Shown here piece by piece: positions 30,973 through 40,298 of a DNA stretch of 64,000 bases. Source of the DNA: Candidatus Subterrananammoxibius californiae. GTDB taxonomy: Bacteria; Planctomycetota; Brocadiia; Brocadiales; Subterrananammoxibiaceae. Every line of letters begins with the position of its first letter. The first letter of the stretch is position 1. A program made the position numbers and the translations under genes. The stretch is taken from positions 35,611 to 99,610 of the forward strand of contig JAURAC010000007.1 of NCBI GenBank assembly GCA_030586555.1, written 5' to 3'. The notes beneath the pieces were generated by a model that was given only the letters and a program-made list of their open reading frames with translations, was not told where the DNA came from and searched no databases.

Positions 30973-32496
30973 TTACACCTTGTTTCTTTCGAGTTTGTGG
31001 GCTATCTTATTTATTGCGCTCAGATACGCCTTTGCACTCGCCTCAATAATGTCACAGCATGCCGCTCTACCCCTTGCCGTCTTGTCCTCTACCTTGACCT
31101 CGAGACTTACCTCACCAACGGCATCCTTGCCACCGGTAACTGCCCTGATGTTGTAATCCAGAAGTTTACCAGACATACCGGTAATACGGTCAATAGCCTT
31201 ACAAATTGCATCTACAGGACCATCCCCCGTTGCGACATCCTCACCAACTCTATCCTTACCAACCTTCACTCTGACCCTTGCCGTCGGCGTTGTATTGGTT
31301 CCCGACGTTATCGAATAAGCATCCAAATCGAATATATGAGATACTTCCGATTTTTCATCAAGAATAAGCGCCTCAACATCCTCATCGTAGACCTCTTTTT
31401 TCTTATCAGCTAATACCTTGAATTGTTCAAAGACTCGGTCTAATTCATTTTCAGAAAGGTTATAACCCAAATCCTTTGCCCTTGCCATAAGTGCATGGCG
31501 TCCAGAAAGTTTGCCGAGGACTATCTTTGTCTTTGAAAGTCCGATTTCTTCTGGCTTCATAATCTCGTAAGTCGTTCTTTCTTTCAGAACGCCATCCTGA
31601 TGCACTCCTGAACCATGTGCAAAGGCATTCTCGCCGACAATGGCTTTATTCTTCTGTGGATGCAGACCGGTAAGGCTGCTAACTAATCTGCTTGTAGAGA
31701 TTATCTCCTTTGTACTAATGCGGGTAGTATAGTTGAAATAATCCTTTCTTGTTTTGAGCGCCATAACAATTTCTTCAAGGGAGGCATTCCCTGCCCTCTC
31801 CCCTATTCCATTTACAGTACACTCAACCTGCCCAGCTCCTGCCTTTATTGCGGCAAGGGAATTAGCAACTGCAAGCCCAAGGTCATTATGACAATGAACG
31901 CTAATCACGGCTTCATCAATATTTTTCACATCCCGCTTTAGTCCACCTATTAATGCAGCATATTGCTCAGGAACGGCGTAACCCACCGTATCAGGAATGT
32001 TAACCGTTGTTGCGCCTGCACCAATCACAGCCTCGACAACCTCGGCAAGAAATGCAGGCTCCGTTCTCGAAGCATCCTCTGGAGAAAATTCTACCTCTTC
32101 AACGTACTTCCTGGCATGTTTCACACCCTCGATAGCCATTCTGATAATCTCGTCCTTTGCCTTACGTAGTTTATACTTCCTGTGTATTTCAGAGGTGGCA
32201 AGGAAGACGTGTATCCTGGGGCTTTCTGCCTTTTTGAGCGCCTCTGCTGCCCTGTCAATATCCTTTTCAACGGCACGCGCAAGCGCCGCCACCTTTACCC
32301 CTTTAACCTCCTCGGCAATGGCATATACAGCCTCAAAATCACCTGACGAGGTTACAGGAAATCCAGCCTCAATAACGTCTACGTTCAACAAGACGAGCTG
32401 ACGTGCAATCTGAATCTTTTCATCAATATTCAGGCTAACGCCGGGGGATTGTTCCCCATCCCGCAATGTTGTATCAAAAATAATTATATTGGTCAT
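30973..32496 (-). CDS. leuA: 2-isopropylmalate synthase
   Basis: [26 protein letters not shown] and the C-terminal regulatory domain GDGPVDA. Confidence 0.96.
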   Translation of the reverse strand: MTNIIIFDTTLRDGEQSPGVSLNIDEKIQIARQLVLLNVDVIEAGFPVTSSGDFEAVYAIAEEVKGVKVAALARAVEKDIDRAAEALKKAESPRIHVFLATSEIHRKYKLRKAKDEIIRMAIEGVKHARKYVEEVEFSPEDASRTEPAFLAEVVEAVIGAGATTVNIPDTVGYAVPEQYAALIGGLKRDVKNIDEAVISVHCHNDLGLAVANSLAAIKAGAGQVECTVNGIGERAGNASLEEIVMALKTRKDYFNYTTRISTKEIISTSRLVSSLTGLHPQKNKAIVGENAFAHGSGVHQDGVLKERTTYEIMKPEEIGLSKTKIVLGKLSGRHALMARAKDLGYNLSENELDRVFEQFKVLADKKKEVYDEDVEALILDEKSEVSHIFDLDAYSITSGTNTTPTARVRVKVGKDRVGEDVATGDGPVDAICKAIDRITGMSGKLLDYNIRAVTGGKDAVGEVSLEVKVEDKTARGRAACCDIIEASAKAYLSAINKIAHKLERNKV

Positions 32497-32548
32497 ATTA
32501 CGTATATCTTATACGGAAGGTGTAAATATTTCAAGGGTTAAAAGATGA

Positions 32549-32832
32549 GCGGATTGTGGAATGCGGAATGTGGATTTAGTAGAGATGTAAAATTTTGCGT
32601 CTCCTACCTGCTTTCCCCCGACCCAAGCACTGCTTGGATGCCCCGAAGAGGGGGATAGAGGTATGTTTGTCCGTGCATGCAGGAGTAGGGGCGTTAAATT
32701 TAAGGCCCTTACCCATTGCCATCGCCTATCGCCTATCGGTACAAAAGAATTGTAAATTGGGAATTGTAGATTTTAAAATTTAGACCTGTCCTGACGACAG
32801 GTCTGGATTTTTCACTTTTCAATTTCCAATTC
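32549..32832. repeat. Composite cluster of heptamer arrays and nested palindromes in the leuA upstream region
   Basis: GCGGATT/GTGGAAT array; GTAGAGAT..GCGTCTC; CCTAC(C)TGC...GCAGGAGTAGG arms; ATCGCCT array; AGACCTGTC..GACAGGTCT. Confidence 0.65.
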
Positions 32833-32841
32833 TTTACCCCG

Positions 32842-32884
32842 TTATTTTGCCTCTATCCAGCCCATCATCTTGCGGAGGTTTTTG
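32842..32884. repeat. Orphan duplicate of the ilvC 3' end (direct repeat of 33471-33513)
   Basis: 36 identical bp TTATTTTGCCTCTATCCAGCCCATCATCTTGCGGAG; extends to 43 bp with one mismatch. Confidence 0.95.
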
Positions 32885-33152
32885 ATGCAGTTAGCTTATG
32901 AAAGGAAATACCAGTAAAGGATGTCTTTTCCTTTAGCCTGGCAGTCTTTTTTACGGATTGAAACAATAATTCCATAGTGTCACCGATGTCCTTAGCAATA
33001 TTGCCTGCAATAGTTCTTGTACCGCATTTCGGACAAATATAAGCCTCAACATCCTCAACATCTGCATAAAAACCGCTGCGCTCGAAATGAAGTGTTGTCC
33101 TTCCTAACTTCATAATAGCCTTGCATTCAGGACATGGTTTATTCACTTTCAT
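32865..33152 (-). CDS. YgiT-type zinc finger protein (MqsA-like antitoxin N-terminus)
   Basis: CPEC...DVEAYICPKCG; lies downstream of a DUF4258-like gene with an ATGA overlap. Confidence 0.8.
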   Translation of the reverse strand: MKVNKPCPECKAIMKLGRTTLHFERSGFYADVEDVEAYICPKCGTRTIAGNIAKDIGDTMELLFQSVKKTARLKEKTSFTGISFHKLTASKTSAR

Positions 33153-33457
33153 TTTATCCTTTTTTTTCTAATTCTACCCTTTATCCATTGTCTCTTATCA
33201 GGAATATACACTGTAACAATATCTATTTCTTCCCCCCACTCGTAACCAACTACCACATGAAGGGGTACATAACTGGGAAGTAAACAATATATTAAGCATC
33301 TACTTCTGTCAGGATAATTTTCAATAATTTCTCCATTTAAAATAGTATGTAAAATGTCGTTAATGGAGACGCCCTCTTTAAAAGCTTTAAGAAATGCATG
33401 GTCCGTTATAGCATACTTGCCAGCGTTAACCTTTTTGCGAATAAACCTAATATCCAG
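33149..33457 (-). CDS. DUF4258-like putative toxin with CTG start (missing from the ORF track)
   Basis: Manual translation: (L/M)DIRFIRKKVNAGKYAITDHAF...GEIIENYPDRSRCLIY...PLHVVVG...IVTVYIPD..W, 102 aa. GGAG lies 8 nt before the CTG and there is no in-frame ATG. Confidence 0.8.
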   Translation of the reverse strand: MDIRFIRKKVNAGKYAITDHAFLKAFKEGVSINDILHTILNGEIIENYPDRSRCLIYCLLPSYVPLHVVVGYEWGEEIDIVTVYIPDKRQWIKGRIRKKRIK

Positions 33458-33470
33458 TGCAGTTTCTCCA

Positions 33471-34466
33471 TTATTTTGCCTCTATCCAGCCCATCATCTT
33501 GCGGAGATTTTTGCCGACCTTTTCAATCATGTGATTCTCGTCTTTTGCCTTCAGGGCATTATAGACAGGCCTGCCTACCTGGTTTTCAAGTATCCATTCG
33601 CGGGCGAATTGTCCTGACTGGATTTCAGTTAGCATTTTTTTCATTTCCTTCTTCGTTTCATCGTTTATAATGCGTGAGCCTCTGGTGAGGTCTCCATATT
33701 CTGCGGTATTACTTATAATGCTTCGCATATAGGTCAAGCCGCCCTGATAGAACAGGTCAACAATTAGCTTGAGCTCGTGCATGCATTCAAAGTAAGCAAG
33801 TTCTGGTTGATAGCCTGCCTCCACTAACGTCTCAAACCCTGCTTTGACAAGGGCTGATGCACCGCCGCAGAGGACGGCTTGTTCTCCGAACAAATCGGTT
33901 TCTGTCTCCTCTTTGAACGTTGTTTCTATAACACCTGCCCTTGTGCCACCAATACCCTTAGCATAGGCAAGGGCATAACCCTTCGCTTTACCAGATGCGT
34001 CTTGCTGAACAGCAAATAAACATGGCACTGCCCCGCCCTTCTGGTATTCGCTTCTTACGAGTCTGCCAGGACCCTTCGGGGCAACCATTATAACATCAAC
34101 ATCGGGATGCGGAACTATCTGACTAAAGTGGATATTAAAACCGTGCGAGAATCCGATAATCTTCCCTTTCTTCATGTACGGTCTAATTTCGGTCTCGTAA
34201 ATCTTTGGCTGCACCTCATCGGGCAGAAGTATCTGGATAAGGTCACATTTCTTTGCCGCCTCGTTTATAGGTATCGGTTTAAAACCATCCTTTACCGCCA
34301 GATTGTAAGATTCCCCTTCTGACCTAACACCAATTGATACATCCAAGCCGCTATCCTTCAGGTTCTGAGCCTGCCCACGCCCCTGGCTTCCATAACCAAT
34401 AATAGCGATTTTCTTACCCTTTAATAGTCTTAGATTTGAATCCTTATCATAATAAATTCTTGCCAT
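33471..34466 (-). CDS. ilvC: Ketol-acid reductoisomerase
   Basis: [20 protein letters not shown] and ETDLFGEQ. Confidence 0.97.
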   Translation of the reverse strand: MARIYYDKDSNLRLLKGKKIAIIGYGSQGRGQAQNLKDSGLDVSIGVRSEGESYNLAVKDGFKPIPINEAAKKCDLIQILLPDEVQPKIYETEIRPYMKKGKIIGFSHGFNIHFSQIVPHPDVDVIMVAPKGPGRLVRSEYQKGGAVPCLFAVQQDASGKAKGYALAYAKGIGGTRAGVIETTFKEETETDLFGEQAVLCGGASALVKAGFETLVEAGYQPELAYFECMHELKLIVDLFYQGGLTYMRSIISNTAEYGDLTRGSRIINDETKKEMKKMLTEIQSGQFAREWILENQVGRPVYNALKAKDENHMIEKVGKNLRKMMGWIEAK

Positions 34467-34501
34467 TTTTCTGCCCCTTTTAGTTGTGGTCTAATAATGT
34501 A

Positions 34502-34579
34502 GTAGACAACGGACTTTATGTCCGTTGAATAATTCAACGAGGTAAAACCTCGTTGTCTACCAATCCGCCTTGGCGGATT
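34502..34579. repeat. Double-hairpin GTAGACAACG REP plus ATCCGCC-TT-GGCGGAT element
   Basis: First 28 nt are identical to the reverse complement of the end of the 46201-46256 element. Confidence 0.85.
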
Positions 34580-35057
34580 ATTTTGTTCCCCTGAGCATGG
34601 CGATGCATCCTGTTCTTGCAACCTCTTTGATGCCGTAGGTTCTAAGCAGGGTTAACATAGCATCAAGTTTATCTTCAGTTCCGGAGAGTTCAATAATCAT
34701 ATCCCTTTGCCCCACATCAACTATCTTGCCCCTAAAGACGTCAACCAGTTCGACTATCTCTCCTCGTTTACCGGGCGGGACATTGGTCTTAACAAACATT
34801 AAGTCCCTTGCCACATAGTTTTCATCCGTAAAATCCTGCACCTTCAAGACGTCAATAAGCTTGCCCAGTTGCTTGCGAACCTGCTCGAGAACAGTATCAT
34901 CGCCATTAACAACAATAGTAAGTCTTGATAGGTCTGGATTCTCTGTCTCTCCAACGCTCAGACTGTCAATATTAAAGCCTCTGCCGCTAAAGAGTCCAGA
35001 GATACGAGCCAGAACGCCTACCTTATTTTCAACGATTACAGAAATTATGTGCTTCAT
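34578..35057 (-). CDS. ilvH: Acetolactate synthase small (regulatory) subunit
   Basis: VENKVGVLARISGLFSGRGFNIDSL ACT domain; EVARTG. Confidence 0.95.
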   Translation of the reverse strand: MKHIISVIVENKVGVLARISGLFSGRGFNIDSLSVGETENPDLSRLTIVVNGDDTVLEQVRKQLGKLIDVLKVQDFTDENYVARDLMFVKTNVPPGKRGEIVELVDVFRGKIVDVGQRDMIIELSGTEDKLDAMLTLLRTYGIKEVARTGCIAMLRGTK

Positions 35058-35109
35058 ATTCAGGTAATTGATAATAGGTTATGGGTCATTGGTTATAGGC
35101 TATGGGTTT

Positions 35110-35197
35110 TTACCTATAACCTATCACCTGTTTTATGCCATTTCGGTAATCATTCTATCTATTGTTTGACCTGCGGGAACCATCGGGAAAACGTTTT
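35110..35197. repeat. Orphan duplicate of the ilvB 3' end plus downstream heptamers (direct repeat of 35778-35865)
   Basis: 88 bp with 6 mismatches; the 4 coding mismatches are synonymous (both copies read DRMITEMA*); 43 bp are identical. Confidence 0.95.
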
Positions 35198-35433
35198 TAT
35201 CTTAAATGAGCAACTGGTATGGCTTCTGTTCTTTCAGGTACTCGTTTACCTTCTGCGATTTCTTCAACTCTCCGCAATATTGTTGAATGATAATATCGGT
35301 AACCGCATCCGTCACAGATGCCAATAGGCACATTCTCAAGCATAACGAAGCCATTTTTGTGCTTAAAAACTTCCTTTTCTATCAATCGTTCTTTTACAGT
35401 ACCTTCACAATATTCACACTTATAGCCGTACAT
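35197..35433 (-). CDS. YgiT-type zinc finger protein (putative antitoxin)
   Basis: CEYCEG...ENVPIGICDGCG. Confidence 0.82.
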   Translation of the reverse strand: MYGYKCEYCEGTVKERLIEKEVFKHKNGFVMLENVPIGICDGCGYRYYHSTILRRVEEIAEGKRVPERTEAIPVAHLR

Positions 35434-35448
35434 TTTCCTTACACCCAG

Positions 35449-35733
35449 TTATTTGATTTGATAAACTGTTATGATTAAAAAAATCCCTGTTTCTTTAAAC
35501 CGACCTACCACCCCGATAGGCGCAGTTTGGTCAGTTCCTACTCCGTTTATCACATATTTCGAACCACGAGGATCGTCCTTCTCAATTTTTACAACTTGAC
35601 CACTCAGCACAGCAGTTTCAATATCGAAAACCCCAAGTTTATCATCTGCCATTTTCTCAAACGCATGATGCGTCATATCATAGTCCCCGGTTTTGATTGC
35701 ATACCATATCTTAGCGATTATTTGTTGAGACAT
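35449..35733 (-). CDS. DUF4258-like putative toxin
   Basis: YDMTHHAFEKM, DDPRGSKYVING and LIITVY. Confidence 0.8.
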   Translation of the reverse strand: MSQQIIAKIWYAIKTGDYDMTHHAFEKMADDKLGVFDIETAVLSGQVVKIEKDDPRGSKYVINGVGTDQTAPIGVVGRFKETGIFLIITVYQIK

Positions 35734-35800
35734 TCATGCGTTTCCATTATAGGCGATAGATAAAGACCTAAAACCTATTACCTATAACCCATGACCTGTT

Positions 35801-37468
35801 TTATGCCATCTCAGTTATCATCCTATCTATTGTTTGACCTGCGGGAACCATCGGGAAAACGTTTTCTTCCTGGTCAATCTTAAAATCCATTATGACAGGT
35901 CCTTTTATAACAAGCGCCTTCTCGATAGTTGGGCGTACGTCTTCCCTTTTTTCAACAAGAAAGCCTGAAGCCCCGTATGCCTCTGCCAACTTGACAAAAT
36001 CGGGATTGCCATTCAAACGGGTGTGAGAATACCTTTTTTTATAGAACAATTCCTGCCATTGCCGCACCATACCGAGATAACCATTATCAAGGATTGCTAC
36101 CTTTACAGGGAGTTTGTTATAGACAGCGGTACTTAATTCTTGAATATTCATCTGAAAACTACCATCGCCTGCAATATCAATAACAATCTTGTCAGGGCAT
36201 CCCAACTGGGCACCTATTGCGGCAGGAAAACCATATCCCATCGTACCAAGGCCACCGGATGATATAAAGGTTCTGGGCTTCCGAAAGGTGTAATACAGTG
36301 CTGCCCACATCTGATTTTGGCCTACCTCAGTGGTAATTATAGCCTCACCCTTGGCAGCCTCGCATATTTGCTCAATCACGTATTGAGGCTTCAAACCATT
36401 TTCGTTATAACGAAGAGAATACTTTTCCTTCCATGCCTTTATCTTTTCGAACCATTCCGGTCTGTCAACATACTTAACTTCTTTAACAAGCTCCGTAAGG
36501 ATGCGCTTTGCATCTCCTACAACAGGAATGTCAACCTTGATACTTTTACTGATAGAGGCAGGGTCAATATCAATATGGATTATTTCAGCGCCTGGCGCAA
36601 ACGCATCAATCTTTCCGGTAATTCTATCGTCGAATCTTGCACCGATAGCTATTAAAAGGTCCGACTCGTTGACGGAATAGTTTGCATACGCAGTACCGTG
36701 CATTCCAAGCATCCCTAACGATAGTTTGTTATCTTCAGGGAAACCTCCGAGACCCATGAGTGTGGTTGTTACTGGCAAATTCCCTTTTTCGGCAAGTTCT
36801 AACAGTAAATCTGAACAACCAGATATAATAACACCGCCACCTGCATAGACAACTGGCTTCCTCGATTTATTAATTGCCTCTGTAGCAAGCTTTATTTGTC
36901 TGACATTGCCCTCGTATCTGGGTTTGTAACCAGGTAAATCAACCTTCTCAGGAATCGTTGCCTCAGAAGTAGCTAATGTTACATCAACGGGAAGGTCAAT
37001 AAGAACGGGTCCCGGCCTGCCAGTCCTCGCAATATAGAATGCCTCTCTTACTATCCTTGCAAGGTCCTTAACATCTTTAACAAGATAGTTATGCTTGGTA
37101 ATGGGACGGGTAATGCCTGTAATATCGGCTTCCTGAAAAGCGTCACTTCCTATTAAATGCGACCTTACTTGCCCCGTTATTACCACAATTGGTATAGAGT
37201 CCATGTATGCAGTCGCAATGGCGGTAGTTAAATTTGTTGCCCCTGGACCAGAGGTAACTATACAAACGCCCACCTTGCCAGTAGCCCTGGCATAGCCATC
37301 GGCAGCATGGCCAGCAGCTTGCTCATGTCTGGTCAAAATAATCTTTAGCGGGGCATCGTATAGCGCATCGAAAAGCGGAAGGACGACACCCCCTGGGATT
37401 CCAAATACAAATTGAACCCCTTCGTATAACAATGTATCAATAAGAATTTGAGAGCCTGTTTTCATCAT
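35801..37468 (-). CDS. ilvB: Acetolactate synthase large subunit
   Basis: RHEQ, SGPGATN, GDGSFQMN (TPP motif) and GMVRQWQ. Confidence 0.97.
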   Translation of the reverse strand: MMKTGSQILIDTLLYEGVQFVFGIPGGVVLPLFDALYDAPLKIILTRHEQAAGHAADGYARATGKVGVCIVTSGPGATNLTTAIATAYMDSIPIVVITGQVRSHLIGSDAFQEADITGITRPITKHNYLVKDVKDLARIVREAFYIARTGRPGPVLIDLPVDVTLATSEATIPEKVDLPGYKPRYEGNVRQIKLATEAINKSRKPVVYAGGGVIISGCSDLLLELAEKGNLPVTTTLMGLGGFPEDNKLSLGMLGMHGTAYANYSVNESDLLIAIGARFDDRITGKIDAFAPGAEIIHIDIDPASISKSIKVDIPVVGDAKRILTELVKEVKYVDRPEWFEKIKAWKEKYSLRYNENGLKPQYVIEQICEAAKGEAIITTEVGQNQMWAALYYTFRKPRTFISSGGLGTMGYGFPAAIGAQLGCPDKIVIDIAGDGSFQMNIQELSTAVYNKLPVKVAILDNGYLGMVRQWQELFYKKRYSHTRLNGNPDFVKLAEAYGASGFLVEKREDVRPTIEKALVIKGPVIMDFKIDQEENVFPMVPAGQTIDRMITEMA

Positions 37469-37578
37469 ATTAAGAAAGGCAAAAAGGTCAAGAGGCTAAA
37501 AGGTTATGAGTGTACCTCTTCACCTCTTAGCCTCTTAGCCTATTTAAGTAGATTAAAGCAAACTTAAGAAAAAATCCC

Positions 37579-38106
37579 TTATCCAGAAGGACTCTCTTTA
37601 GCCTGCTTTTCCTCTGTATATTCAGTTTCTTCGTAATCAGGTTCTTCCAATTCCTCCATCTTTGGAGGTTTATAACCTGGCTGTCTTGACTTTTCCAGTT
37701 CCTCTTTATAAGCAGCTAACACTCGATTCTGAATCTCCTCACGACAATGGGAATTAATTGGATGTGCCGTGTCTGCATGAAGCTTTATTTTACTACTCGG
37801 GCTAAGCTCGGTTTTTGTAGGCGCCCCTTTTTCACCAGGTCTTGCAGAAACAAATTTGTTAACGGTAAGCTTGTTTCCACACTCGTTGCAATACTGGGCT
37901 CGAAGCTGATTTTTTTCTCCACACCGAGGGCATTTGGATGTTAACTTTCTACTCGGCATGGCAACAAAAGGCCCTTTAAAACCCTCAATTACCTTCAAAT
38001 CCCTTATAACGAATTCATTATCAATAGTAATACTACAAAAAGCCTGTAAACGGTTCTTCCTTGACTCTGTTAATCTAACCCTGACCTCTGTAATATTCAC
38101 GGCCAT
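37579..38106 (-). CDS. spoVG: SpoVG family protein with zinc-ribbon insert
   Basis: ITEVRV, FVAMPSRK, CPRC..CNEC and AHPINS. Confidence 0.9.
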   Translation of the reverse strand: MAVNITEVRVRLTESRKNRLQAFCSITIDNEFVIRDLKVIEGFKGPFVAMPSRKLTSKCPRCGEKNQLRAQYCNECGNKLTVNKFVSARPGEKGAPTKTELSPSSKIKLHADTAHPINSHCREEIQNRVLAAYKEELEKSRQPGYKPPKMEELEEPDYEETEYTEEKQAKESPSG

Positions 38107-38261
38107 TCACCTCCTACTTCGCATTTGCCTGTCAAAACTTAGCAATAGGCCTATTAGTGCCATTCCAACTAAATATAACAAATACTACATAATTTATTAC
38201 ATTTATCCCGTACCAACAAAATTGGTACGAGACTTATGTACTTAAAATTGGTTGGAGTAAA

Positions 38262-39140
38262 TTAGGCAGAAAAATTTGGAGCGGCATTAGTGACCAAAAA
38301 TACTTGACCTAAGCCACACTTGTCTAACTGGTTTTTAATCTCTTCTGCATCGCTTTGCCTCCTGCATAACCCGTAGATAGCAGAACCACTTCCAGATAAC
38401 AACAAGCCACAAAAGTTATAGACACGTAAAGCCTCTTTAATGCGATGAAGGTCAGGGTAAAGTCGTAAGGCAACTTCTTCCAGTCGGTTGTAAAGTAATT
38501 TCCCCACGCTTTCAGCGTTGCCGTTTTTAAGTATTTCTAAAAGAAACCTAACATCTTTTACAGCCTTTGTCAAGTCAATTTTCAAGTTTTGATAGATACT
38601 TGCAGTGCTTATCTCTATATCAGGATAAAGAAGAACATACGAAAAGTATGTGCTAATAGGAACAGGGGTTACAATTTCGCCCCTTCCCCTGCAAATAGCA
38701 GTGTTACCCTTAATGAAAAACGGGACATCGGAACCAAGCATAGAGGCAAGCCTCATAAGCTCGTTTTCATTAAGACCAACCTTCCATAACTTGTTCAGCC
38801 CTTTAAGGGTTGCAGCAGCGTCACTGCTTCCACCGCCGAGACCTGCGCTAATCGGTATTCTTTTAAAGAGATGAATACTCACTCCTTTGTTTATACCGGT
38901 CTCTTTTTGCATTAGTTCCGTAGCCTTCCAAACAATGTTGTCCTTACCAGGAGGAATTCGTGGATTTGTGCATGTTATTTCGATGCCTTTCTCTTTCTCT
39001 TCAATTACAATATCATCCACGAGGTCTATTTCCTGCATAACGGTCTCTATCTCATGATAACCGTCATACCTTTTCCCGAATACCTCGAGGAAAAGGTTAA
39101 CCTTCGCTGGCGCTTTTACATTTATAGATTCATTTCCCAT
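38262..39140 (-). CDS. ispE: 4-(cytidine 5'-diphospho)-2-C-methyl-D-erythritol kinase
   Basis: APAKVNL, AGLGGGSSDAA, GSDVPFF and SGSGS. Confidence 0.95.
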   Translation of the reverse strand: MGNESINVKAPAKVNLFLEVFGKRYDGYHEIETVMQEIDLVDDIVIEEKEKGIEITCTNPRIPPGKDNIVWKATELMQKETGINKGVSIHLFKRIPISAGLGGGSSDAAATLKGLNKLWKVGLNENELMRLASMLGSDVPFFIKGNTAICRGRGEIVTPVPISTYFSYVLLYPDIEISTASIYQNLKIDLTKAVKDVRFLLEILKNGNAESVGKLLYNRLEEVALRLYPDLHRIKEALRVYNFCGLLLSGSGSAIYGLCRRQSDAEEIKNQLDKCGLGQVFLVTNAAPNFSA

Positions 39141-39765
39141 TGCTTGTCGCTTGCCGCTCGTCGCTCGTTACTCGTAGAAAGGTTAATTGTGTCTCACCAT
39201 AGCAACGCTGGTCAAATATTTCTAAATCCGGGATACAAATTGTAGGGGCACGTTGCAACGTGCCCCTACGATGCTGTAAAGCAATCATTCCGTCTGATTT
39301 TAAAATCCCCTTTTCTACCATTTCCTGAAAAAGGGAAAGAATACGCCCCCTGCCTTCCGCTTGCTCGACCATTTCGTAAGGAGGACCTGCCAGCACAAGG
39401 TCGAGTAAGGGCAACCCCAAGGTTGCCCCTACATTTAATAAATAGGAACACGCTTTAAAAACGTCCAACCTGAGAACGTGCGCCCTCTCGTGCAGTCCTG
39501 CCTTTAGAAGATTTTTTTTGATTACCTCAACGGCATGACGGTCCTTATCAATAAATATACAAAACGATGCCCCGCGGCTCAGGGCTTCTATTCCCAGCGC
39601 ACCTGTGCCGGCAAATAAATCAACGACATTGCTACCGGGAACAACTTCCCGTATTATGTTAAATAATGCCTCTTTTACGCTGTCTAAGACAGGCCTTGTC
39701 TTCTCACCTTTGACACTAAGAAGATGTGTTCCTCTGGCAGTTCCTGCAATTACTCGCATACTCAA
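39130..39765 (-). CDS. rsmD: 16S rRNA m2G966 methyltransferase
   Basis: MRVIAG, VKEALFN, DLFAGTGALGIEALSRGA and YGET. The DPPY motif reads GPPY, and the gene carries two palindromic inserts. Confidence 0.9.
   Translation of the reverse strand: MSMRVIAGTARGTHLLSVKGEKTRPVLDSVKEALFNIIREVVPGSNVVDLFAGTGALGIEALSRGASFCIFIDKDRHAVEVIKKNLLKAGLHERAHVLRLDVFKACSYLLNVGATLGLPLLDLVLAGPPYEMVEQAEGRGRILSLFQEMVEKGILKSDGMIALQHRRGTLQRAPTICIPDLEIFDQRCYGETQLTFLRVTSDERQATSNGK
39242..39269. repeat. Perfect 28-bp palindrome GTAGGGGCACGTTGCAACGTGCCCCTAC, in frame in rsmD
   Basis: Identical copy at 44687-44714; encodes RGTLQRAPT. Confidence 0.95.
39405..39432. repeat. GTAGGGGC-family REP, in frame in rsmD
   Basis: GTAAGGGCAACC-CCAA-GGTTGCCCCTAC encodes VGATLGLPL. 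Confidence 0.85.
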
Positions 39766-39828
39766 ACAGGCTGAAGACTGAGGAAATGATAGGCTGAAGG
39801 AAAAATCTTTTTCTTCAGCCTTCCGCCT

Positions 39829-40236
39829 TCAGCCCTCAGCCTTTTGCGTTAATTCAATTAACACATTATGGCAGTCTTTAGGGTGTAAAAAGGCGATTTT
39901 CTTGCCCTCTATACCCCTTTTTATTCCATCTGGAATTACTCGAATGCCTTTTGCTTTTAGTTCCTCAATGGATTTTTCTATATCTTCCACTTGAAAGGCG
40001 ATGTGATGAATGCCTTCGCCCCGTTCCTGCAAGAATTTTGCTACCTTGCTATCCTTATCAAGTGGCTTTACAAACTCAATACAACTTTCTCCAATGCGAA
40101 GCGCAGCTACCTCAACACCCAATTCTCTAAACACCTCTCTATACGTAACCGCAATGCCAAATATATCCCTATAGACAGATAAAGCCCCCTCAATATCATC
40201 CGTTGCAATAGCAATATGGTCTATTTTTTTAAACAT
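39829..40236 (-). CDS. mce: Methylmalonyl-CoA epimerase
   Basis: IDHIAIA, GEGIHHIAF, FLHPK and VLIEL. The ORF-track N-terminal extension is translated REP. Confidence 0.93.
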   Translation of the reverse strand: MFKKIDHIAIATDDIEGALSVYRDIFGIAVTYREVFRELGVEVAALRIGESCIEFVKPLDKDSKVAKFLQERGEGIHHIAFQVEDIEKSIEELKAKGIRVIPDGIKRGIEGKKIAFLHPKDCHNVLIELTQKAEG

Positions 40237-40243
40237 AATCTTG

Positions 40244-40298
40244 GTAGGGGCAGGGTTCCCCTGCCCTCCCTGACAGGGCGAGGAAACCTCGCCCCTAC
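40244..40298. repeat. Double GTAGGGGC REP between the mutase and the epimerase; supplies the mutase stop
   Basis: GTAGGGGCAGGG-TTC-CCCTGCCC...GGGCGAGG-AAA-CCTCGCCCCTAC. Confidence 0.85.

Noticed and set aside
32500..32840. Leucine attenuator or T-box upstream of leuA
   Set aside because: No Leu-rich leader peptide or T-box motif seen; the structure is explained by dispersed repeats.
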